Below are positions 53,601-64,000 of a stretch of DNA of 64,000 bases, piece after piece. The stretch comes from an uncultured Actinomycetes bacterium (GTDB lineage Bacteria > Actinomycetota > Thermoleophilia > UBA2241). The DNA lies in assembly GCA_963725665.1 (NCBI GenBank), contig CAVRZA010000004.1, positions 224,001 through 288,000 on the forward strand, in the 5' to 3' direction. Made by a program: the position numbers and the translations under genes. Within the stretch, counting starts at the first letter, position 1, and every line of letters begins with the position of its first letter. Below the pieces are notes generated by a model. The model did no database searches. It saw only the letters and a program-made list of their open reading frames with translations, and had not been told where the DNA came from.

Positions 53601-53870
53601 GTGTGCAGGAACATCAAGACGTTGTACAACTTCGAGCCGCCGGCGACCGATGCCGAGATCAGGGCTGCCGCCTTGCAGTATGTGAGGAAGATCAGCGGAT
53701 TCGCGGCGCCCTCTGCCGCGAACGAAGAAGCGTTCGCGCACGCAGTGGACGAGGTCGCGGGGGCGTCCTCGGCCCTGCTCGGCCAGCTCGTGACCACCGC
53801 TCCCCCTCGGGATCGTGCGACCGAGGCCGCCAGGGCTCACGCTCGCGCGCTACGCAGATTCGGCTCATAG
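53601..53870 (+). CDS. DUF2277 family protein
   Basis: MCRNIKTLYNFEPPATDAEIRAAALQYVRKISG; GAGGTG RBS. Confidence 0.88.
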   Translation: MCRNIKTLYNFEPPATDAEIRAAALQYVRKISGFAAPSAANEEAFAHAVDEVAGASSALLGQLVTTAPPRDRATEAARAHARALRRFGS

Positions 53871-54033
53871 CGGGCCGTGGGACAGTCGCGCGACCTCTGT
53901 CCGCTTTATGCCTCGCAGGGGCTCGACGCGGCTGTGACAGAGTCTCCTCCGCGCCCGTTGCCGCTTCGCCGTCGAGCAAGTAGAGTCCTAAGCTCCCAGA
54001 GTACGTTCGCCCATGGGCAAAGGAGCGGCCAAC

Positions 54034-55194
54034 ATGCAGAAGCGGTTCCTGCTGACACCCGGACCGACCCCCGTCCCGCCCGAGGTGCTCCTGGCCTCCG
54101 CGGAGCCGGTCGTCCATCACCGCGCGCCGCGCTTCACGGAGATCCTCAAAGGCGTGATCGCCGGTCTGAAGTACGTCTTCCAGACCGGGAACGACATCAT
54201 CATCTTCGCCTCGTCGGGCACGGGGGCGATGGAGTCCGCCGTGGTCAACACGGTGTCGCCCGGCGACCAGGTGCTAGTGACCTCTTGTGGCAACTTCGGC
54301 GAACGCTGGAACAAGCTGGCGACGACCTACGGCGCCGTTGTGACTCTGCTCGAGTACGAGTGGGGCACAAAGGTCGACCCCGACGACGTCCGCAAGGCAT
54401 TGGCGGAGAACCCAGCCATCAAGGCGGTGTTCGTCCAGCAGAGCGAGACGTCGACCGGCGTCGTCAACGACGTTGCGGCCATCGGCGCCATCGTCGCTGA
54501 GACGCCGGCCCTCCTCGTGGTGGACGCCATCTCCGGGCTTGGAGCCACTGATCTCAAGACTGACGCCTGGCACGTCGATGTGTGCGTGGCGGGCTCGCAG
54601 AAGGCGCTCATGACACCACCCGGCCTGGCCTTCGTCGCCGTCTCCGAGAAGGCCTGGCCGGTGATCGAGGCCAACGCCGCGCCGCGCTTCTACTTCGACT
54701 TCGTGAGCTACCGCAAGAAGATGACCGGCGACGCGGCGCAGACGCCCTACACGCCGGCGGTGTCGGCGCTGGTAGCGCAAAGCAAGGCCATCGAGATGAT
54801 CCGCGAAGAGGGGCTCGAGAACGTCTTCGAGCGTCACCGCGTGCTCTCACGTGCGGCCAAAGAGGGCATGAAGGCCCTCGGCCTGGAGCTCTTCGGTCCC
54901 GATGACCCCGAAGCCAACTCCGTGACAGCAGTGAGAGTCCCGGAGGGCGTCGACGGCGCGCAGATCGGCAAGCTGGCGCGCGACAAATACGGCGTCTGGC
55001 TCGCCGGCGGCCAGGGCAAGCTCAAGGGCAAGATCTTCCGCCTCGGTCACTGCGGCTACTTCGGCGCGTCGGACATCGTCGTCGGGCTCTCCACCGTCGA
55101 GATGGTCCTGGCGCAGCTCGGCTACGACGTGCCCCTCGGAGCCTCGCTGGCCGCCGCCGAGCGGGTCTTCCTGAAGAGCGAGGTGGCGCTGTGA
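54034..55194 (+). CDS. Class V aminotransferase (alanine-glyoxylate / serine-pyruvate family)
   Basis: LLTPGPTP, SGTGAME, ETSTG, GSQKALMTPPG; overlaps serA. Confidence 0.92.
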   Translation: MQKRFLLTPGPTPVPPEVLLASAEPVVHHRAPRFTEILKGVIAGLKYVFQTGNDIIIFASSGTGAMESAVVNTVSPGDQVLVTSCGNFGERWNKLATTYGAVVTLLEYEWGTKVDPDDVRKALAENPAIKAVFVQQSETSTGVVNDVAAIGAIVAETPALLVVDAISGLGATDLKTDAWHVDVCVAGSQKALMTPPGLAFVAVSEKAWPVIEANAAPRFYFDFVSYRKKMTGDAAQTPYTPAVSALVAQSKAIEMIREEGLENVFERHRVLSRAAKEGMKALGLELFGPDDPEANSVTAVRVPEGVDGAQIGKLARDKYGVWLAGGQGKLKGKIFRLGHCGYFGASDIVVGLSTVEMVLAQLGYDVPLGASLAAAERVFLKSEVAL

Positions 55195-56789
55195 GCGAGG
55201 CTCGCAAGAAGGTCCTCGTCAAGGACAAGCTCGGCAAGGCGGGCGTCGACCTCCTGGAGCAGGAGTTCGACGTCGTGCAGGGGATCGACTGGGACCAGGG
55301 CGAGTTCGTGCGTCGCATCGGTGAGTTCGACGGACTCGTCGTGCGTTCCGCAGCCAGGGTCACGGCAGAGGTCATCGAGGCAGGAACGCGTCTCAAGGTG
55401 ATCGGGCGTGCCGGCGTGGGCGTCGACAACATCGACGTCGAGGCGGCGACAAGGCGCGGCATCGTCGTCGTGAACGCACCGCAGAGCAACGTGCTCTCGG
55501 CGGCCGAGCACACCATCGCCATGCTGCTCGCCTGCGCGCGCAACATCCCGCAGGCCCACAGCGCCTTGAAGGCCGGCCGCTGGGAGAAATCGCGCTGGGG
55601 TGGCGTCGAGGTGCAGGACAAGACGCTCGGCGTCATCGGGCTCGGCCGCATCGGCTTCCTCGTCGCGCAGCGAGCCAAGGGTCTCGGCATGCGCGTCATC
55701 GCCTACGACCCCTACGTGCCGGTGGAGCGCTTCCGCGAGCTCGACCTCGATCGGGCGGACTCGCCCGAGAAGGTCTACCGCGAGGCGGACTTCATCACCG
55801 TGCACCTGCCCAAGAACGCCGAGACGCTCGGCTTCGTCGATGACGAGGCGTTCGCGCAGATGAAGGACGGCGTGCGCGTGGTCAACGTCGCCCGGGGCGG
55901 CATCATCGACGAGGAGTCGCTGGCGCGCGCTCTGGAGAGCGGCAAGGTGGCGGCTGCAGGGGTTGACGTGTTCCCGGTGGAGCCGACCACCGACGACCTT
56001 CTGCTGGCCTACGATGCCGTCGTCGTGACGCCTCACCTGGGGGCCTCGACGGCAGAGGCGAGCGTGCGGGCCGGGACGATCATCGCCGAGCAGGTCTCGG
56101 CGGCGCTCAAGGGCGAGCTCGCCGGCAACGCCGTCAACGTCCCTCTCGTCCCGGGCGAAGAGGCCGACGAGCTCATGCCGTTCCTTCCGGTCTGCAGGAT
56201 GTTGGGGGAGCTGGTCACCCAGCTCTCCGACGGACCCGTCGACGATCTCGAGATCGCCTACGAGGGCAACGTAGCACGCTACGACACGCGTATCCTCACC
56301 GTCGCGGTCCTGGAGGGGATCCTCAAGAACACCGTCGAGGACGAGGTCAACTTCGTCAGTGCGGGCCCGATGGCCGAGGAGCGTGGCATCTCCTACAGGG
56401 AGGAGAAGAATCCGGTCGTCACCGACTTCCTCAGCCTTGTGCGGGTGCGCGCCTTCGACGCAGAGCATGAGCTGGTCGTGGCGGGCACCACCCTCGGACC
56501 TCGCCACCGGCCGCGCTTCGTCACTGTCTATGGCCTCGACCTCGACATCGAGCCGGTCGAGCACATGGTCTTCGTGCGCGCGCAGTCGCCCGCGCCGGGC
56601 ACGTTCGGCAAGATTGGCACGCTCCTCGGCGGCTTCGGTGTCAACGTCTTGCAGGTCTCTGTGGCGAAGGCCGGTGAGGACGAGCCCGGCGTGATGGGGC
56701 TCGCCCTCGACGCGCCTATCGCCGAGACGCAGCTGGTCGAGCTCGTGGAGGCGGCCGGCCTGCTCGACGCCAAGCGCGTCGAGCTGTAG
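55191..56789 (+). CDS. serA: D-3-phosphoglycerate dehydrogenase
   Basis: GRAGVGVDNID, GLGRIG, NVARGG, TPHLGAST; ASB and ACT C-terminal domains. Confidence 0.95.
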   Translation: MSEARKKVLVKDKLGKAGVDLLEQEFDVVQGIDWDQGEFVRRIGEFDGLVVRSAARVTAEVIEAGTRLKVIGRAGVGVDNIDVEAATRRGIVVVNAPQSNVLSAAEHTIAMLLACARNIPQAHSALKAGRWEKSRWGGVEVQDKTLGVIGLGRIGFLVAQRAKGLGMRVIAYDPYVPVERFRELDLDRADSPEKVYREADFITVHLPKNAETLGFVDDEAFAQMKDGVRVVNVARGGIIDEESLARALESGKVAAAGVDVFPVEPTTDDLLLAYDAVVVTPHLGASTAEASVRAGTIIAEQVSAALKGELAGNAVNVPLVPGEEADELMPFLPVCRMLGELVTQLSDGPVDDLEIAYEGNVARYDTRILTVAVLEGILKNTVEDEVNFVSAGPMAEERGISYREEKNPVVTDFLSLVRVRAFDAEHELVVAGTTLGPRHRPRFVTVYGLDLDIEPVEHMVFVRAQSPAPGTFGKIGTLLGGFGVNVLQVSVAKAGEDEPGVMGLALDAPIAETQLVELVEAAGLLDAKRVEL

Positions 56790-56925
56790 CGGCGGGGTGG
56801 GCGGGGGCGGCGGCCCTCGCGGCCGCCGCCCCCGCCGTCCGTGCCCCGTCTGCTGCGCCCGGCCTTGCCATGTCCGGAAGGCTCGCTTGCGCCTGGTTCG
56901 CGCGGCGACATACAATCGCCAGACC

Positions 56926-57033
56926 ATGCATCACGGTGAGTCGAGAGAGACGTCTGATGTACCCGGGATCGTCGCGGGGCGCTTGCTCCTGCTCCCGGTC
57001 GTGGTGCTCCTCCCCCCGCGGGGGGATAGGTAG
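56926..57033 (+). CDS. Leu/Val-rich leader peptide of the leu operon
   Basis: MHHGESRETSDVPGIVAGRLLLLPVVVLLPPRGDR*; TTGCGC...TACAAT promoter just upstream; stop 90 nt before leuA. Confidence 0.7.
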   Translation: MHHGESRETSDVPGIVAGRLLLLPVVVLLPPRGDR

Positions 57034-57123
57034 ACACCAGCCCGGGCCCCGTGCCCACACGCTCTCCCACTCATTGACGGCCACCTCGTGGTCGACCCAC
57101 CCTCCGACGAAGGGCGGAACGCC

Positions 57124-58698
57124 GTGAGCAGACGCCACATCCACATCTTCGACACGACCCTGCGCGACGGTGAGCAAGCGCCGGGCGCGAGCATGAACAG
57201 GGCCGAGAAGCTCGAGGTCGCTCAGCAACTCGCGCGCCTCAACGTCGACATCATCGAGGCCGGCTTCCCCATCGCCTCCCCCGACGACTTCGAGGCGGTG
57301 AAAGCGATCGCCAAGCAGGTGCAAGGACCGCGCATAGCCGGTCTTGCACGGGCCATCGAGCAGGACGTGCGCTCGGCCTGGGACGCGGTGAAGCACGCGC
57401 CTCGGGCGCGCATCCACACGTTCATCTCGACCAGCCCCCTGCACCTGAAGTACCAGATCCGCAAGACCGAGGCCGAGGTGCTCGCCGACACCGAGGCCAT
57501 GGTCACGCTCTCCAAGCAGCTCACCGCCGGGCACGCCGACGCCGACGTCGAGTTCAGCGCCATGGACGCCAGCCGATCCGAACCCAGCTTCCTGGCCGAG
57601 ACCGTCGGCGTCGCCATCGCCGCCGGGGCCACGACCATCAATATCCCGGACACTGTCGGCTACGCGCTGCCGCTTGAGTTCGGCGACTTTATCGGCGAGC
57701 TCTTCCGGCGCTGTCCGGCTCTCGCCGATGTCGTCGTGAGCGTGCACTGCCACAACGACCTGGGCCTGGCCACGGCCAACTCGCTGGCCGCCGTGCGTGG
57801 CGGCGCGACCCAGGTCGAATGCGCCGTGAACGGCATCGGGGAGCGGGCCGGCAACGCCTCACTCGAAGAGGTCGTCATGGCCATCCGCACGCGCGGCGAC
57901 TACTTCGACGCCGAGACGACGGTGCGCACCGAGGAGATCGCGCGCACGAGCAAGCTGGTCTCGAACGTGACGGGCTACGCGATCCAGCCCAACAAGGCCA
58001 TCGTGGGCCGCAACGCTTTCGCGCACGAGTCGGGCATCCACCAGGACGGCATCCTCAAGGAGGCCTCGACCTTCGAGATCATGCGCGCCGCCGACGTCGG
58101 GCTCACCGAGAGCGACCTGGTGCTGGGCAAGCACAGCGGACGTCACGCCCTGCGCGCCCGGCTCTCGGAGCTCGGCTACGAGCTGTCGGGCGACGAGCTC
58201 GACGAGGCCTTCCGTCGCTTCAAGGGCATCGCCGACAAGAAGAAGGAAGTCACGGTCGCCGACCTCGAGGCGCTCGTCGGCGAGGAGATCCGTGAGCGCA
58301 CGGACCACTTCACGCTGCGCAGCTTCGTCATGCAGGCGGGCTCGAGCATAATCCCCACGACGCAGGTCGAGGTCGAGGTGCGCGGCCGCCTGCGGCGTGG
58401 CAAGAGCTTCTCCAACGGCACGGTCGAGTCCATCTTCAAGGCTATCGACAACGCCGTCGGCATGAAGGGCTCGCTGGCCGACTACCAGGTGCGTGCGGTC
58501 ACGGCCGGCAAGGACGCGCTGGCCGAGGTACGCGTGGCCGTGGCGGTCGACGACGAGACCTACAACGGCCAGGCTGTGAGCTTCGATGTGATGGAGGCGT
58601 CCGCCAAAGCCTACGTGCGGGCTATGAACAACGCCGCCACCGCGCAGGGGCGCGAGCGTCTCCTGGCCCGCCAGGCGACGACGGTGAAGGGGCAGTGA
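57124..58698 (+). CDS. leuA: 2-isopropylmalate synthase
   Basis: [42 protein letters not shown]. Confidence 0.95.
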   Translation: MSRRHIHIFDTTLRDGEQAPGASMNRAEKLEVAQQLARLNVDIIEAGFPIASPDDFEAVKAIAKQVQGPRIAGLARAIEQDVRSAWDAVKHAPRARIHTFISTSPLHLKYQIRKTEAEVLADTEAMVTLSKQLTAGHADADVEFSAMDASRSEPSFLAETVGVAIAAGATTINIPDTVGYALPLEFGDFIGELFRRCPALADVVVSVHCHNDLGLATANSLAAVRGGATQVECAVNGIGERAGNASLEEVVMAIRTRGDYFDAETTVRTEEIARTSKLVSNVTGYAIQPNKAIVGRNAFAHESGIHQDGILKEASTFEIMRAADVGLTESDLVLGKHSGRHALRARLSELGYELSGDELDEAFRRFKGIADKKKEVTVADLEALVGEEIRERTDHFTLRSFVMQAGSSIIPTTQVEVEVRGRLRRGKSFSNGTVESIFKAIDNAVGMKGSLADYQVRAVTAGKDALAEVRVAVAVDDETYNGQAVSFDVMEASAKAYVRAMNNAATAQGRERLLARQATTVKGQ

Positions 58699-60005
58699 TG
58701 GCACACACGATCGCCGAGAAGATCCTGGCGCGGGCTGCGGGGCGCGACGAAGTCGCACCGGGCGAGATCATCGAGGTGCCCGTCGACCTGGCCCTGGCCA
58801 ACGACATAACCGCGCCCATGGCCATCGCCGAGTTCGAGAAGGCTGGGTTCGGCAAGGTGTTCGACCCGGCGAAGATCGCCCTGGTGCCCGACCACTTCGC
58901 GCCCAACAAGGACATCAAGGCGGCGGGACAGAGCAAGCTGATGCGCGAGTTCGCCCGCAAGTACGGCATCGTGCACTATTTCGAGGTCGGACGCATGGGG
59001 ATCGAGCACGTGCTGCTCCCCGAGCAGGGGCTCGTCGCGCCGGGCGACGTCGTGATCGGCGCCGATTCGCACACGTGTACCTACGGCGCCCTGGCTCTGT
59101 TCTCGACCGGCGTCGGCTCGACGGACTTCGCCGCCGCGATGGCGTGGGGCCGCGTGTGGCTGCGTGTGCCCGAGTCGATCAGGTTCGTCTACCAGGGGAT
59201 ACCGCGCCGGCACGTCGTCGGCAAGGACCTGATGCTGCACACCATCGGCCTCATCGGGGTCGACGGGGCTCTCTACAAAGCGATGGAGTTCGCCGGCGAG
59301 GCGATCGACGGCCTCTCGATCGACGGCCGCTTCACGATGTGCAACATGGCCATCGAGGCGGGTGGCAAGTGCGGCCTCGTCGGCTTCGACGAGACGACGG
59401 CGGCCTATCTCGAGTCGAGGCCCGAGGGCAGCCGCGCGCGCCAGGTGCGTCGGGTGTTCGCGAGCGATGCCGACGCCGAGTACGAGCGGGTCGTCGAGGT
59501 CGATGCCGGCGCGATCGAGCCCACGGTGGCCCGCCCGCACTTGCCCTCGAACACCGTCTCGGCCGCGGAGCTCACCGACGTGACCATCGATCAGGTAGTC
59601 GTCGGCTCGTGCACGAACGGGCATCTCGAGGACCTGCACCAGGCGGCGGAGGTGTTGCGGGGCCGGCGCGTGCACCCCGACGTACGCCTGATCGTGCTGC
59701 CCGGCTCGCAGCAGGTCTATCTCGACGCCCTGGCCGACGGCACGATGCAGGCGCTCGTCGAGGCAGGCGCCGCCTTCTCGACGCCGACCTGCGGCGCCTG
59801 CCTCGGAGGGCACATGGGCGTCCTGGCGGCCGGTGAGCGTGCGGTGGCCACGACCAACCGCAACTTCGTCGGCCGCATGGGGCACCCCGAGAGCGAGATC
59901 TACCTGGCCAACCCCTATGTGGCCGCCGCCTCCGCCGTCGCGGGGCATGTGGCGACGCCGGAGATGCTCGAGAGGGAACGCGTGGCGACGGGAGGGCGGT
60001 CATGA
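58698..60005 (+). CDS. leuC: 3-isopropylmalate dehydratase large subunit
   Basis: GADSHTCTYGA, GSCTNG, CGACLGG, TNRNFVGRMG. Confidence 0.95.
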   Translation: MAHTIAEKILARAAGRDEVAPGEIIEVPVDLALANDITAPMAIAEFEKAGFGKVFDPAKIALVPDHFAPNKDIKAAGQSKLMREFARKYGIVHYFEVGRMGIEHVLLPEQGLVAPGDVVIGADSHTCTYGALALFSTGVGSTDFAAAMAWGRVWLRVPESIRFVYQGIPRRHVVGKDLMLHTIGLIGVDGALYKAMEFAGEAIDGLSIDGRFTMCNMAIEAGGKCGLVGFDETTAAYLESRPEGSRARQVRRVFASDADAEYERVVEVDAGAIEPTVARPHLPSNTVSAAELTDVTIDQVVVGSCTNGHLEDLHQAAEVLRGRRVHPDVRLIVLPGSQQVYLDALADGTMQALVEAGAAFSTPTCGACLGGHMGVLAAGERAVATTNRNFVGRMGHPESEIYLANPYVAAASAVAGHVATPEMLERERVATGGRS

Positions 60006-60502
60006 TGTTCGAGGGCACGGCGCACGTGTTCGGCCGCGACGTCGACACTGACGTCATCATCCCGGCCCGCTACCTGAACACCAGCGACCCCGCCGAGTTG
60101 GGGGCGCACTGCATGGAGGACATCGACGCCGGGTTCGTGCGCCGCGTGCGGCCGGGCGACGTCATCGTCGCCGGCGAGAACTTCGGCTGCGGCTCCTCGC
60201 GCGAGCACGCGCCCGTGGCCATCAAGGCCGCAGGCGTCTCGTGCGTCGTCGCGGCGAGCTTCGCGCGCATCTTCTACCGCAACGCCATCAACACCGGCCT
60301 GCCGATCGTCGTCTCGAAGGAGGCGGCGGCCGGCGTGCGCGCGGGCGACCGTCTGCGCATCGATCCGGCTGCCGGCCTGGTCGAGGACCTGACGCAGGGC
60401 ACTCGCTACGCGGCCGACGCGTTCCCACCCTTCATGCAGGAGCTCATCGAGCGCGGCGGCCTTCTGCCGTACGTCCGGGCGCGTCTGGCGGAGCAGTCGT
60501 GA
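60002..60502 (+). CDS. leuD: 3-isopropylmalate dehydratase small subunit
   Basis: DVDTDVIIPARYL, NFGCGSSREHA. Confidence 0.95.
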   Translation: MMFEGTAHVFGRDVDTDVIIPARYLNTSDPAELGAHCMEDIDAGFVRRVRPGDVIVAGENFGCGSSREHAPVAIKAAGVSCVVAASFARIFYRNAINTGLPIVVSKEAAAGVRAGDRLRIDPAAGLVEDLTQGTRYAADAFPPFMQELIERGGLLPYVRARLAEQS

Positions 60503-61596
60503 CGCCCGCCGAGACCTACCGGGTGCTGCTCCTGCCGGGCGACGGTGTCGGCCCTGAAATCATCGCTGCCGCGCAGCGTGTCCTCGACGAGGCGGCCGCT
60601 CGCTTCGGCTTCTCGCTGGCTTACGAGACCGGGCTCGCCGGCGGCGCGGCCATCGACGCGACCGGCGCGCCGCTCGAGCCCGGTCTCGTCGCGCGCTGCG
60701 CCGCCAGTGACGCCGTCTTCCTCGGCGCCGTCGGCGGTCCGCGCTGGGAGACCACCGACCCTGACAGGCCGCGGCCGGAGCAGGGGCTCCTGGCGCTGCG
60801 CAAGGGGCTCGGACTGTTCGCCAACCTGCGGCCAGTCAAATGCCATGCGCCGCTCGCCTTCGCCAGCACGCTGAAGCCCGAGGTGATCGCTGGCGTCGAC
60901 ATCATGGTCGTGCGCGAGCTCACCGGCGGCCTCTACTTCGGCGAGCGCGAACGAACGGCCGACACGGCCTACGACACGATGTACTACGAGCGCGGCGAGA
61001 TCGAGCGCATCGTGGCCTTCGCCTGCGAGCTCGCGCGCGGCCGCCGGCGCGAGCTGACGAGCGTCGACAAGGCCAACGTGCTCGAGAGCTCGCGCCTGTG
61101 GCGCGAGGTGGCTGAGGAGGTGGCGCAGCGCTACGAAGACGTCTCGCTGCGCCACCTCTACGTCGACAACGCCGCCATGCAGCTCGTGCGCGAGCCGAGG
61201 CAGTTCGACGTGATCGTGACGGAGAACATGTTCGGCGACATCCTCTCCGACGAGGCGGCCATGCTCACCGGCAGCATCGGCATGCTGCCGTCGGTGAGCG
61301 TGGGCGCCGGCGGTGTCTCGCTCTACGAGCCGATCCACGGCACGGCGCCCGACATCGCCGGCCGCGGAGTCGTGAACCCGTGCGCCACTATCCTTTCGGG
61401 GGCGCTGATGCTCGACCTGAGCTTCGCCCGCAAGGAGGCCGCGCGCGCCGTGGAGCGCGCGGTGGAACGCGCGCTCGACGGCGGCGCGCGCACGGCCGAC
61501 ATCGCGCAGCAGGGGGAAGCGGCGCTGTCGACCGAACAGATGACCGACCGAGTGATCGCCGAGCTCGCTCTCGCTGGCGAAGAGGTGACGGCGTGA
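60499..61596 (+). CDS. leuB: 3-isopropylmalate dehydrogenase
   Basis: [45 protein letters not shown]. Confidence 0.95.
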   Translation: MTPAETYRVLLLPGDGVGPEIIAAAQRVLDEAAARFGFSLAYETGLAGGAAIDATGAPLEPGLVARCAASDAVFLGAVGGPRWETTDPDRPRPEQGLLALRKGLGLFANLRPVKCHAPLAFASTLKPEVIAGVDIMVVRELTGGLYFGERERTADTAYDTMYYERGEIERIVAFACELARGRRRELTSVDKANVLESSRLWREVAEEVAQRYEDVSLRHLYVDNAAMQLVREPRQFDVIVTENMFGDILSDEAAMLTGSIGMLPSVSVGAGGVSLYEPIHGTAPDIAGRGVVNPCATILSGALMLDLSFARKEAARAVERAVERALDGGARTADIAQQGEAALSTEQMTDRVIAELALAGEEVTA

Positions 61597-61666
61597 CGCC
61601 GGCGACGCCGCCGGCGACCAGACCGAGAAACGACACGACGCGCAGAAGCGTGGAGAGGAGGCGACG

Positions 61667-62587
61667 GTGTCGATCACGCCCGTTGAGAAGATCTGGATGA
61701 ACGGAGAGCTCGTGCCCTGGGACGAGGCGCGCATCCACGTCCTGACCCACGCGCTGCACTACGGCTCGGGCGTCTTCGAGGGCGTGCGCGCCTACGAGAC
61801 GGCCCGTGGCGCGGCGGTCTTCCGCCTGACCGACCACCTGCGCCGCCTCGAGCGCTCGGCCAAGCTCTACTACATGTCGCTGCCGTACTCCGTCGAGGAG
61901 CTCGTCCAGGCGACCAAGGACGTCATCGCCGCCAACGGCCTCAGTGCCTGCTACATCCGGCCGCTGGCCTACCGTGGCTACGGCGAGATGGGTCTCTTTC
62001 CCCTCAAGGCGACGGTCGACTGCATCGTCGCCGTCTGGCCGTGGGGGACCTACCTGGGCGACGAGGGCATCAAGCACGGCATCCGCGCCAAGGTCTCGAC
62101 CATCCAGGCGCTCGGCCACACGCAGCTCGCACGCGCGGCCAAGGCCACCGGGCAGTACCTCAACAGCATCCTGGCCAAGGTCGAGGTGGTCAACGCCGGC
62201 TACGACGAGGCGATCATGCTCGACGATCACGGGCGCGTCGCCGAGGGCTCCGGGGAGAACATCTTCCTCGTGCGCGACGGCGTGATCTACACGCCGTTTC
62301 CGGCCGACGGCGTGCTCGAGGGCCTCACGCGCGACACGGTGCTGCGCATCGCGGAGTCGGAGGGCATCAGGGCGGAGGAACGCACGCTGGCTCGCAGCGA
62401 CCTGGTCCTAGCCGACGAGCTCTTCTTCACCGGCACGGCGGCCGAGATCGTCCCCATCCGCGAGGTCGACGACCATCCCATCGGCGAGCCCGGACCCATC
62501 ACACGTCGCATGCAGGAGCGCTTCCGGGACATCGTCGAGGGACGCGACGAGGAGTTCGGCCACTACTTGGAGTACGTGACGGGGTAG
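61667..62587 (+). CDS. ilvE: Branched-chain amino acid aminotransferase
   Basis: LHYGSGVFEG, AKATGQYLNS, EGSGENIF, GTAAE. Confidence 0.95.
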   Translation: MSITPVEKIWMNGELVPWDEARIHVLTHALHYGSGVFEGVRAYETARGAAVFRLTDHLRRLERSAKLYYMSLPYSVEELVQATKDVIAANGLSACYIRPLAYRGYGEMGLFPLKATVDCIVAVWPWGTYLGDEGIKHGIRAKVSTIQALGHTQLARAAKATGQYLNSILAKVEVVNAGYDEAIMLDDHGRVAEGSGENIFLVRDGVIYTPFPADGVLEGLTRDTVLRIAESEGIRAEERTLARSDLVLADELFFTGTAAEIVPIREVDDHPIGEPGPITRRMQERFRDIVEGRDEEFGHYLEYVTG

Positions 62588-62601
62588 GCGGGGAGGCAGC
62601 G

Positions 62602-64000
62602 ATGAGCGGCACAGGGGTCCGGCTCTACGACACCACGCTACGCGACGGCATGCAGCAGGAGGGCATGTCGGTCTCGGTCGACGAAAAGGTGCGCATCGCC
62701 CTCAAGCTCGACGAGCTCGGCATCCACTTCATCGAGGGCGGCTTTCCCGCCTCCAACCCCAAGGAGCTCGCTTTCTTCGAACAGATGGAACGCGAGCATC
62801 TGCAGCACTCCCGGCTGGTCGCCTTCGGCATGACGCGGCGCAAGGGCGTGAAGCCCGAAGACGATGAGGGCCTGCAGGTGCTCGCCGATACTTTCACTGA
62901 GACCGTGGCCATCGTGGGCAAGACATGGGGGCTGCACCTCTCGAAGGTGCTGCGCGTGAGCCGCGACGAGAACCTGCGCATGATCGCCGACAGCGTCGGC
63001 TTCCTCGTCGCGAAGGGCAAGTCGGTCGTCTACGACGCGGAGCACTTCTTCGACGCCTACCGGGACGACCCCCCCTACGCGCTGCAGTGTGCGCGTGCGG
63101 CGGCCGCGGCCGGCGCCGGCGTCGTTTGCCTCTGCGACACCAACGGCGCCTCGCTGCCGGGGTTCGTCCGTGACACGGTCGCTGCGGTGGTCGCCGCCGT
63201 CCCCGCCGAGATCGGGGTGCATATACACAACGACACCGACTGCGCGGTGGCGGGCAGCCTCGTCGCCGTCGAGGCGGGCGCGACGCACGTGCAGGGCACG
63301 ATGAACGGCTACGGCGAGCGCTGCGGCAACGCCAACCTCACCTCGATCATCCCGGCGCTCGTCCTCAAGATGGGTCTGCCCGTGGTGACCGAGGAACAGC
63401 TCGCTCGCCTCACCGAGACGGCGCACTTCGTGGCCGAGACGGTCAACGTCGCGCTGTGGGCGCACCAGCCCTACGTGGGCCGCACCGCCTTCGCTCACAA
63501 GGGCGGGCTGCACGTGGCGGCCGTCGACGCGGCGCCGCAGACCTTCGAGCATGTCGATCCCGAGCTCGTCGGCAACGAGCAGCGTATCCTCATCTCGGAG
63601 CTGTCCGGAAAGGCCGCTGTGCTGCGCAAGGCGCGTGAGCTCGGCATCGTCCTCGAGGGCGACGACGAGCGCGTCGGCGGCGTCCTGAAGCACCTCAAGG
63701 AGAGGGAACACCAGGGCTACCACTACGAGGCCGCCGACGCCTCGTTCGAGCTCCTCTTGCGCGAACGGCTCGACCCGCCCGAGCCCCTGTTCAGGCTCGA
63801 GAGCTTCCGCGTGATCGTGGAGAAGCGCGAGGACGGCAAGGTCATGACGGAGGCCACGGTCAAGGTCCACGCCGGCGGCGAGCGGCTGATCGCGACCGCC
63901 GAGGGAAACGGCCCCGTGAACGCGCTCGACAAGGCGCTGCGCCTGGCCATCACCCGCAAGCACCCCCACCTCGCCGATATCGACCTGGTGAACTACAAGG
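62602..64000 (+). CDS. cimA: Citramalate synthase (runs off the window)
   Basis: Manual translation MSGTGVRLYDTTLRDGMQQEG...YDAEHFFD...GERCGN...AFAHKGGLH...SELSGK...YEAADASFELL. Confidence 0.9.
   Translation, partial: MSGTGVRLYDTTLRDGMQQEGMSVSVDEKVRIALKLDELGIHFIEGGFPASNPKELAFFEQMEREHLQHSRLVAFGMTRRKGVKPEDDEGLQVLADTFTETVAIVGKTWGLHLSKVLRVSRDENLRMIADSVGFLVAKGKSVVYDAEHFFDAYRDDPPYALQCARAAAAAGAGVVCLCDTNGASLPGFVRDTVAAVVAAVPAEIGVHIHNDTDCAVAGSLVAVEAGATHVQGTMNGYGERCGNANLTSIIPALVLKMGLPVVTEEQLARLTETAHFVAETVNVALWAHQPYVGRTAFAHKGGLHVAAVDAAPQTFEHVDPELVGNEQRILISELSGKAAVLRKARELGIVLEGDDERVGGVLKHLKEREHQGYHYEAADASFELLLRERLDPPEPLFRLESFRVIVEKREDGKVMTEATVKVHAGGERLIATAEGNGPVNALDKALRLAITRKHPHLADIDLVNYK

Overview
High-GC bacterial chromosome segment, most consistent with an anaerobic or facultative actinobacterium of the Thermoleophilia type (inferred from gene content and order, not from a search). 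Most of it is housekeeping: ferredoxin, ftsEX-M23-ctpA-rnr-smpB, tRNA-Arg(CCG), murI-queT-rph-rdgB-CDF, guaB3-guaA, a D,D-carboxypeptidase, aminopeptidase-ltaE, gdhA-PII, trxA, ilvD-ilvB-ilvN, aminotransferase-serA and leuA-leuC-leuD-leuB-ilvE-cimA. A small accessory patch (about 48.3-53.9 kb) holds an IS256 scar. Items worth a second look: (1) an M-box riboswitch operon with a membrane-less MgtE sensor protein and two Nramp-related Mg transporters; (2) a 4-hydroxybutyrate operon with a small Cys-rich protein, divergent from gdhA and a PII lacking Tyr51; (3) two sibling hairpin sRNA candidates with anti-SD-like loops; (4) an unassigned attenuator-like leader before guaB; (5) a Leu/Val-rich leader peptide before leuA; (6) a zinc-ribbon micro-ORF that seems to start at ATA; (7) a recurring sigma28/WhiG-like promoter before genes of unknown function. 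Several genes carry single-base insertions that look like sequencing errors. No CRISPR array, prophage or tmRNA was seen.
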